Source: an uncultured candidatus Brocadiaceae bacterium (GTDB lineage Bacteria; Planctomycetota; UBA11346). Taken from it: DNA of 24,251 bases. The notes beneath the pieces are model-generated. The model did not search any database, had not been told where the DNA came from, and was given only the letters and a program-made list of their open reading frames with translations. Made by a program: the position numbers and the translations under genes. The stretch spans positions 1 through 24,251 of the forward strand of contig CAYQAQ010000002.1 in assembly GCA_964415495.1 (NCBI GenBank), in the 5' to 3' direction. Position 1 is the stretch's first letter. Every line of letters starts with the position of its first letter. This document shows positions 18,129 to 24,251 of this stretch, in pieces.

Positions 18129-18790
18129 CCTTCGCACGCTGGGGTATTCCGACCCTATTCTGGGTGACGCTGGTCTTGGCGTGGGCCGTGTGGCTGGTGC
18201 CGGCTGGTCCATTCCGCTGGGCGACGTTGGCAGTGGCGCTGTTTTGCTGGCTGTTCACGCTCGCGTTTTTCCGTAATCCGAACCGCACGCCCAAGGGTGG
18301 TCCGCACAGCATGATCGCCCCGGCCGATGGCGTGGTGGCGGACATCACTGAAATCGACGAGCCCACCTTCGTCGGCGAACGCTGCGTGCGCATCGGCATC
18401 TTCCTGTCGGTCTTCAACGTGCACGTCAATCGCGCACCGTGTCCGGGCATCATCCGCCACGCCGTCTATCGCCCGGGACAATTTCTCGACGCCCGCCATC
18501 CCGATGTCAGCCATGCCAATGAAGCGAACATTTTGGGCATCGAAGCCGAAGGCAGCGTGCGTGCCGGTTTGAAATTGCTGTTGGTCCAACTGTCGGGATT
18601 GATCGCACGGCGCATCATCAGCACGCATGGCGTTGGCGACCGCCTCGAACGCGGCGAATGCTATGGCATGATCAAATTCGGCAGCCGCACCGAACTGTGG
18701 CTGCCGCTCTCGGCCGGGGCCACGGTGACGGTGGCGGTCGGTCAGCGCGTAAAGTGCGGTGAAACGGTCATCGCCGAGGTTCCCGCGTGA
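18125..18790 (+). CDS. psd: Phosphatidylserine decarboxylase proenzyme
   Basis: FFRNPNR, APADG.V, IFLSVFNVHVNRAP, G.IARRI, YGMIKFGSRT (GS self-cleavage site), VKCGETVIA. Start reassigned to ATG 18125. Confidence 0.93.
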   Translation: MTFARWGIPTLFWVTLVLAWAVWLVPAGPFRWATLAVALFCWLFTLAFFRNPNRTPKGGPHSMIAPADGVVADITEIDEPTFVGERCVRIGIFLSVFNVHVNRAPCPGIIRHAVYRPGQFLDARHPDVSHANEANILGIEAEGSVRAGLKLLLVQLSGLIARRIISTHGVGDRLERGECYGMIKFGSRTELWLPLSAGATVTVAVGQRVKCGETVIAEVPA

Positions 18791-19707
18791 GCACCCGCTT
18801 AAATGTCCGGGTGCGCAAACGCCTCAAGACGCTGCCGGTGCTGCCGACGCTGCTCACCGCTGGCAATCTTGCGAGTGGCATCACGGCCATTTTGCTCGCC
18901 GTCAACGGCGAGCTGTTCTATGGCGCGGTGATGATCTTCGTGGCCATGGCCTGCGACATGCTCGACGGCAAGGTCGCGCGCATGACCGGCCAAGAGGGGG
19001 CCTTTGGCGCTGAATTGGACAGTCTCTCTGACGTCGTGTCCTTCGGCGTCGCGCCAGCGATTCTCGCCCATCGCCTGATCTTCGGCTATTCCGCCGTGTT
19101 CAGCCACGGCGAGCGCCTGATCTGGTTCCTCGCGGTTTTCTTCCCCGTCATGGCGGCGATCCGTCTTGCCCGTTACAATGTCGAGGATTCCGATGCACCG
19201 ACGCGACATTTTCGCGGCCTGCCGAGCCCGGGTGCGGCGGCGGTGGTGTGTAGCCTGATCATGCTGCATCAACATCCCGGCAATGACACGGTGCGTACGT
19301 GGTTCGAATCGGTGATCGCGATTGGCAAGGACCATTACACCGGCCTGCAGGATCTGGATGCGTTCCGCTGGATTCTCATCGGCATTACCTTTGTGTCGGC
19401 ACTGGCGATGGTCAGCACCATGCCCTTCCCACATCTCGGCAATACGTTGTTTGGCCGCATGAGCTTCCGGCGTTTAATCGTCGTGCTCCTGATCGGAGGC
19501 CTCTTCGTCTGGCGTCCGGTGACGGCGTTGGCCGTGGCTTCGACCGGATATCTGTTGGTGGGTCTGGGTTGGGGTGCCGTGAGCATGGTGCGGCAAATCC
19601 TGCGCGGCCGTAATCCGCTCGATGACGATGACGACGACAGCGATGCCGTCGATGCGGGTCTGGCCACCGCCAAGCCTGAGAGCGACGGACCGGCCCACGG
19701 GCGATGA
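18787..19707 (+). CDS. pssA: CDP-diacylglycerol--serine O-phosphatidyltransferase
   Basis: LPTLLTAGN, CDP-alcohol motif DMLDGKVAR...GAELDSLSD, RLARYN, F.GLPSPGAA. GTGA overlap with psd. Confidence 0.92.
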   Translation: MSTRLNVRVRKRLKTLPVLPTLLTAGNLASGITAILLAVNGELFYGAVMIFVAMACDMLDGKVARMTGQEGAFGAELDSLSDVVSFGVAPAILAHRLIFGYSAVFSHGERLIWFLAVFFPVMAAIRLARYNVEDSDAPTRHFRGLPSPGAAAVVCSLIMLHQHPGNDTVRTWFESVIAIGKDHYTGLQDLDAFRWILIGITFVSALAMVSTMPFPHLGNTLFGRMSFRRLIVVLLIGGLFVWRPVTALAVASTGYLLVGLGWGAVSMVRQILRGRNPLDDDDDDSDAVDAGLATAKPESDGPAHGR

Positions 19708-20699
19708 CCGGCATCATCCGGCCCGGTGCGGCGCATCCGCATGCGCCGAGTTCGCCGCAGGTGTTGGCAGAGCGCTACGGCGCCAGCGCAGAGATTGTCG
19801 CGTCCTGGATCGATGCCGGCTTGCCGATGGATGTGGCAGGGCTTGGTGATCCCTTCGCCGTTGCGAATTGGATTTCGTGGCACCGCTTGGCTGAGTGTCC
19901 GGTGCTTCGCCGCGCGTGGCGCGGGTATCTGCTCATTTTTGCGGGATTCCTGGGCGGTGAACGGCGCGTGCGCTCGATCCGGTGGCGACGACGGCAACGC
20001 ATCTGTACGACCGATGAGACGAGTGCTTGGACCTGGCTCGTGCCCCGCCCGTGGCAAGGAGCGACGCAGACCGTGCTCGCCGATGATGGTCTGGCCGGTC
20101 GCGCGCTCCCCGCCGGAGCTTGTTGGCGGGTGGCCGGATCGGGGCTCGATGCGCGGCTGGTGCAGGGGCAGGTCGATCTGGCGATACAGCCGGTCATGGT
20201 CGCGGTCGACCCAGCGATCACGGCGATCGTGACCGATTTTGCGGCGACTTTCCGCTACGAGTATCGCCACCATGAGGTGGACGAAACCGTGCTTGGGCCG
20301 GAACGTGATCATGGCAGTTGTTTGGATGCCGCGCGCACGGTGGGCGTTCGATTACGCCAACGAGGGCATGACGCGCAGGTGGTTTCTGGCATCATTGCCC
20401 ACGACACCTTCGCCAATCCCCATTTCTGGATCGAAGTCCGCCACACCGACGGCACCACGTTTCCCGTCGATCCCAGCCTGCCCGCCATCGCGCGCATGCT
20501 CGGAGCTGATTGGCGTGCCGTAGCCCAGGCCTACACCGGTGGCTGCGATGCACGCCGCGTGCGTCTGATGCCGACGCAATTGCCGACCGCCTTGGGCGGA
20601 GCGATCGGACAGATCACCCTTGCAGGTGGCGATGCGTGGCCGTGCCTGGATTGGGTGTGCGGCGAATGCGACGACCGCTTCGACGATCTCAGCGCGTGA
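19704..20699 (+). CDS. Nu1/MerR-like winged HTH fused to a transglutaminase-like (Cys-His-Asp) domain
   Basis: N-terminus LAERYGASAEIVASWIDAGLP..DPFAVANW. C-terminus FRY, GSCLDAA, AQVVSG, PHFWIEV, VDPS. ATGA overlap with the pssA stop. Confidence 0.75.
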   Translation: MTGIIRPGAAHPHAPSSPQVLAERYGASAEIVASWIDAGLPMDVAGLGDPFAVANWISWHRLAECPVLRRAWRGYLLIFAGFLGGERRVRSIRWRRRQRICTTDETSAWTWLVPRPWQGATQTVLADDGLAGRALPAGACWRVAGSGLDARLVQGQVDLAIQPVMVAVDPAITAIVTDFAATFRYEYRHHEVDETVLGPERDHGSCLDAARTVGVRLRQRGHDAQVVSGIIAHDTFANPHFWIEVRHTDGTTFPVDPSLPAIARMLGADWRAVAQAYTGGCDARRVRLMPTQLPTALGGAIGQITLAGGDAWPCLDWVCGECDDRFDDLSA

Positions 20700-21621
20700 G
20701 GCGCTTAAGGTCGAGGGCGCCCTTGAGCACTTCTTCTGCGATATAGCTGGAACGCACATAGGGTCCGCTGGCGACATACGCGAAGCCCGCTTCGCGGCCC
20801 CACTCCTGATAGCGCGCGAACTGCTCGGGACTGACGAAGCGGATGATGTCGTGATGCTTGAGGCTCGGGCGCAGATACTGTCCGATGGTCATGATGTCGA
20901 CGTTGCTGCGGCGCAGATCGTCCATGATCCAGCGCACCTCGTCATCGGTTTCCCCGAGGCCAACCATGATGCCGGATTTGGTCCAAATCGACGAATCGGC
21001 GGATTTGACGTGAGCCAGCACATCAAGCGAGCGTTGGTAGCGCGCCTGCGGGCGCACGGTTGGATACAATCGACCGATGGTTTCCAGGTTGTGATTGAAC
21101 ACATCCGGCTTGGCGCGCACCACGGTGTCGATAGCCGCGCGGTTGCCGCGGAAGTCCGGCGTCAGCACCTCAATCAACGTACCGCTGCAACGAGCACGTA
21201 CCGCCGTGATGGTGGCGGCGAAATGGCTGGCACCGCCATCGTCGAGGTCATCGCGATTGACCGAGGTGATCACCGCGAAATGCAGATCGAGCTCGGCAAT
21301 GGCCTCGGCGAGACGCACCGGTTCGGTCGGGTCCAGCGCCGGCGGCGTCTTGGTGAAACCGACATCGCAGAAGGTGCAGGTGCGCGTACAATCATGGCCC
21401 ATGAGCATGAAGGTGGCAGCCCGTTTCGACCAGCATTCCTGGCGATTGGGACAGGTGGCTTCTTCGCACACGGTGACTAGGCCATGTTTGCGCACGATTT
21501 CGTTGGTCGTCGCACTCTCTGCGTTCTCGGGCAGGCTGCGCTTGAACCAAGCCGGCAGACGGGGGCGCTCAGGACTGACGGGAACAACGGCCATGGCCGC
21601 ATGGTGCGCGTGAATGCTCAT
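20689..21621 (-). CDS. lipA: Lipoyl synthase
   Basis: CEEATCPNRQEC (CX4CX5C), CTRTCTFC (radical SAM), VITSVNRDDL, NHNLET, KSGIMVGLGET, QYLRPS, RSSY. Start 21621 or 21594. Confidence 0.96.
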   Translation of the reverse strand: MSIHAHHAAMAVVPVSPERPRLPAWFKRSLPENAESATTNEIVRKHGLVTVCEEATCPNRQECWSKRAATFMLMGHDCTRTCTFCDVGFTKTPPALDPTEPVRLAEAIAELDLHFAVITSVNRDDLDDGGASHFAATITAVRARCSGTLIEVLTPDFRGNRAAIDTVVRAKPDVFNHNLETIGRLYPTVRPQARYQRSLDVLAHVKSADSSIWTKSGIMVGLGETDDEVRWIMDDLRRSNVDIMTIGQYLRPSLKHHDIIRFVSPEQFARYQEWGREAGFAYVASGPYVRSSYIAEEVLKGALDLKRLTR

Positions 21622-21696
21622 TGATCCAGCGCCATCGCGTGGCGCAATGGCAGTCGGACCATTGCGTTCGCACCCGCTCACCATGGAATCCCGCCC

Positions 21697-22674
21697 ATGC
21701 GCGACGAAGCCGAGATCAGAATCCGTTCCGGAAACGGGGGAGCAGGCGCGGTAACGTTCCGGCGCGAGAAGTATGTACCCTTCGGCGGTCCCGACGGCGG
21801 CGATGGCGGGAAGGGGGGCGATGTCATCCTGCGCGCCACCGTTCACCTCAACACGTTAGCGGTCTATTGGCGCAAGCGGCGCTGGTTTGCCGAACATGGC
21901 GCACCCGGTACCGGCAAAGGCGGCGAGGATTTGGTCCTTGAGGTTCCCTGTGGCACCATCGTGCGTCATCAGGAAACCGGCGAAATCCTGGCGGATCTGA
22001 CCGAACATGGCCAAGAAGTCCTGCTCGCCCCCGGCGGTAAGGGCGGCGCCGGCAACACCCGCTTCAAGAGCGCTACCAACCAGGTGCCCCGTCAACATGG
22101 CCCGGGCGAGCCCGGCGTCGAACTCCCGCTCAAGCTCGATCTGAAGCTCATCGCTGACGTGGGCATCATTGGCTTTCCCAATGTCGGCAAGAGCACCCTG
22201 CTCTCACGTTTGTCCGCCGCCCGCCCTAAGATCGCCGACTATCCATTTACGACCCTGGAACCGCAACTGGGCGTGGTTCAGCGCGGCGAACGCACTCTAG
22301 TCCTGGCCGACATTCCCGGCCTGATCGAGGGCGCAGCCGAGGGTGTTGGCCTGGGCCATCAGTTCCTGCGTCATGTGGAGCGCTGTCCAGTACTGCTGCA
22401 CCTCGTCGACGGCACCGACGCCGAGGTCGATGCCCTGGTTGAGCGCATTGGCGTGCTGGATCGTGAACTGGCCCGCTTCAGTCCGCTCTTGGCAGAAAAG
22501 CAGCAGTTGGTCGCCATTACCAAGGCCGACACCCAGATCGAACCGGACGAACTGTGCCAGCAACTGGCAGCGCGCATTGGCAGGGAAGTGCTGGCCATCT
22601 CGGGCGTGAGCGGCTACGGTATCGAGCGTCTCGAAAGCCGCCTGCTTGCACTCGTTTCTGAACGCCACGGATAA
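21697..22674 (+). CDS. obgE: GTPase Obg/CgtA (short form, no C-terminal extension)
   Basis: FRREKYVP.GGPDGGDGG.GG, G1 GFPNVGKS, G2 YPFTT, G3 DIPG, G4 variant TKAD. Confidence 0.96.
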   Translation: MRDEAEIRIRSGNGGAGAVTFRREKYVPFGGPDGGDGGKGGDVILRATVHLNTLAVYWRKRRWFAEHGAPGTGKGGEDLVLEVPCGTIVRHQETGEILADLTEHGQEVLLAPGGKGGAGNTRFKSATNQVPRQHGPGEPGVELPLKLDLKLIADVGIIGFPNVGKSTLLSRLSAARPKIADYPFTTLEPQLGVVQRGERTLVLADIPGLIEGAAEGVGLGHQFLRHVERCPVLLHLVDGTDAEVDALVERIGVLDRELARFSPLLAEKQQLVAITKADTQIEPDELCQQLAARIGREVLAISGVSGYGIERLESRLLALVSERHG

Positions 22675-22680
22675 CCTCCC

Positions 22681-23811
22681 ATGACCATTCTCGATGTCCT
22701 TCGCGCCACCGTTCAGCTCCGCGCGTCGGATCTGTTCCTCAAGGTGGGGGGGCCGCCGCGGGTGCGCGTCGACGGCAACGTACGCCAGCTCGGTACCCAG
22801 GCGATGAGCAAGGAGGACATGAAAGAGGCCTTCCACGCCCTGGTCGACGAACACGCCCGCGCCATCTTCCAGAAGTACCACGAGGTCGACACCGCTTTCG
22901 AAGCTCCCGACGTCGGGCGCTTCCGTATCAACTGCTTCATGCAGCGCGGCAACATCGGTTTCGTGCTGCGCTTGGTGCAGTCGCACATTCCAGACTATCA
23001 GGACCTCGGCCTGCCGGTCGAAACCTTCGAACGCCTCGCCCTGATGCGCCGAGGCATGGTGCTGGTCACCGGCATCACCGGCTCGGGTAAGTCGACGACG
23101 CTCGCGTCGATGATTCAATACATGAACCGGAACACCAACCGGCACATCATCACCGTCGAAGATCCGATCGAATACGCCTACAGCGATGAACGCTGCTTGA
23201 TCAATCAGCGCGAAGTCGGCATCGACACCCGCGATTTCAAGGCTGCGCTCAAGAACGCGATGCGCGAAGCGCCAGACGTCATTCTCATTGGTGAAATGCG
23301 TGACACCGAAACCGTGCAGGCCGCGATCGACGCTGCCGAAACCGGCCACTTGGTGCTCTCGACCCTGCACACCATCAATGCCCAGCAGACGATGGAACGC
23401 ATCATCAACTTCTTCCCGCCCTATCAGCACAACCTCATTCGTATGCAGTTGTCGATGGTCATGCAGGGGGTGGTCAGCCAGCGTCTCGTGCCACGCACCA
23501 ACGGTGCTGGTCGCGTGCCGGCGATGGAAGTCATGATCGCCACCCCGACCATCAAGCAGATGATCGAGGAAGGCCGTACGCCTGAGCTCTACGCCGCTAT
23601 CCGCGACAGCCAGCACTTCGGCTGCGTGACCTTCAATCAGAGCCTCTATTCGCTGTTCGAAAGCGGCGCGATTTCGCGCGAAGACGCCCTCGCCACGTCG
23701 GACAACCCCGACGAAATGGAAATGCTCTTCCGCGGCATCCAGCGCGGCTCGCAGTCCTCGTTGCAACCGCAGCAGGGCTCGGCCAGCGGCCAGCACGCGC
23801 AGCGGCGCTAA
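22681..23811 (+). CDS. pilT: PilT/PilU-family type IV pilus retraction ATPase
   Basis: Walker A GITGSGKST, Asp box TVEDPIEY, Walker B DVILIGEMRD, His box AAETGHLVLSTLHT. pilT versus pilU unresolved. Confidence 0.85.
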   Translation: MTILDVLRATVQLRASDLFLKVGGPPRVRVDGNVRQLGTQAMSKEDMKEAFHALVDEHARAIFQKYHEVDTAFEAPDVGRFRINCFMQRGNIGFVLRLVQSHIPDYQDLGLPVETFERLALMRRGMVLVTGITGSGKSTTLASMIQYMNRNTNRHIITVEDPIEYAYSDERCLINQREVGIDTRDFKAALKNAMREAPDVILIGEMRDTETVQAAIDAAETGHLVLSTLHTINAQQTMERIINFFPPYQHNLIRMQLSMVMQGVVSQRLVPRTNGAGRVPAMEVMIATPTIKQMIEEGRTPELYAAIRDSQHFGCVTFNQSLYSLFESGAISREDALATSDNPDEMEMLFRGIQRGSQSSLQPQQGSASGQHAQRR

Positions 23812-23825
23812 AGTGAAAGGATAGT

Positions 23826-24185
23826 CTATCGACGCAGCGGCGGCAGGGGGGCGACATCGACCCCCTGCCCAGTTGCCGAGTCGACCGCGGTGCGCACGAC
23901 CCAGGTGCCGGCAATGACGTCATGCAGGCAGCGGCGCTGCCGACCGAAGATCATCAATGGGTTGATGAAGACGCCAATCAGACTGAGGCCGGGGATCCAC
24001 TGCGTCACGTGCATGATGCCGTAACGGAGACCAAATGTGGCGTGAAACGGCCGAATGCGGCCGTCCTCGCCAACGATGCGCCTGCCGAGCAGCAGTTTGC
24101 CAATGGTTTGGCCACGTGGCCAGCAGGTAGCCGTGGGCGATGAGGAATATCGCCATGGTAAGCACCATGGCGAGGATTTCGGCGC
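23826..24185 (-). pseudogene. RDD-family membrane protein gene, frameshifted and lacking its 5' part
   Basis: Two frames join into AEILAMVLTMAIFLIAHGYLLAT / GQTIGKLLLGRRIVGEDGRIRPFHATFGLRYGIMHVTQWIPG...RRCLHDVIAGTWVV, which carries the RDD motifs GQT.GK and LHD.IAGT.VV. Frame change near 24115. Confidence 0.7.
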
Positions 24186-24248
24186 CTAAAATGAGGACAG
24201 GTGTCCGGCCTGAAGGCCGCTTCGCTGCGTACACCTGACCTCATTTAG
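24186..24248. repeat. Palindromic REP/MITE-like element
   Basis: AAATGAGGACAGGTGT (24189-24204) pairs 15/16 with ACACCTGACCTCATTT (24231-24246). Inner hairpin CGGCC-TGAA-GGCCG at 24206-24219. Confidence 0.75.
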
Positions 24249-24251
24249 CGT

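Noticed and set aside
19704-19900. Nu1-like domain as evidence for a prophage
   Set aside because: No terminase large subunit, portal, capsid, integrase or compositional shift; the gene is coupled to pssA.
24183-24251. Terminal palindrome as an integron attC site
   Set aside because: Ends read CCTAAA and TTTAGCG rather than RYYYAAC/GTTRRRY, and there is no integrase or cassette array.

Overview
GC-rich, densely coded bacterial chromosomal segment, mostly housekeeping. It probably comes from a Planctomycetota/PVC organism (inference from the DWG-type Ser/Thr kinase-FGE fusion, the large GH13-GH133 fusion and the palindromic element at the right end). Gene order: partial argH (-), purN, tandem hot-dog FabZ-like dehydratase, ECF sigma factor, APS reductase cysH, single-domain globin (-), 1421-aa GH13+GH133 debranching enzyme (-), RluD-family synthase, hemC (-), 894-aa Zn-ribbon/TM protein (-), SDR (-). 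A plus-strand run follows: degenerate Nudix-like protein, Ser/Thr kinase-TPR-FGE, small membrane protein, psd, pssA and a Nu1-like HTH-transglutaminase fusion. The window ends with lipA (-), obg, a pilT/pilU-family ATPase, a broken RDD gene (-) and a palindromic REP/MITE-like element. I found no rRNA, tRNA, CRISPR array, integrase, transposase or reverse transcriptase. Best leads: the wHTH-transglutaminase fusion and its coupled gene cluster, the FabZ tandem with catalytic His and Glu split between halves, a perfect 23-bp inverted repeat of octamers bracketing the cysH start, and an ECF sigma with an EAED-to-EAGS change. All family assignments come from motifs recognised by eye; no database searches were run.
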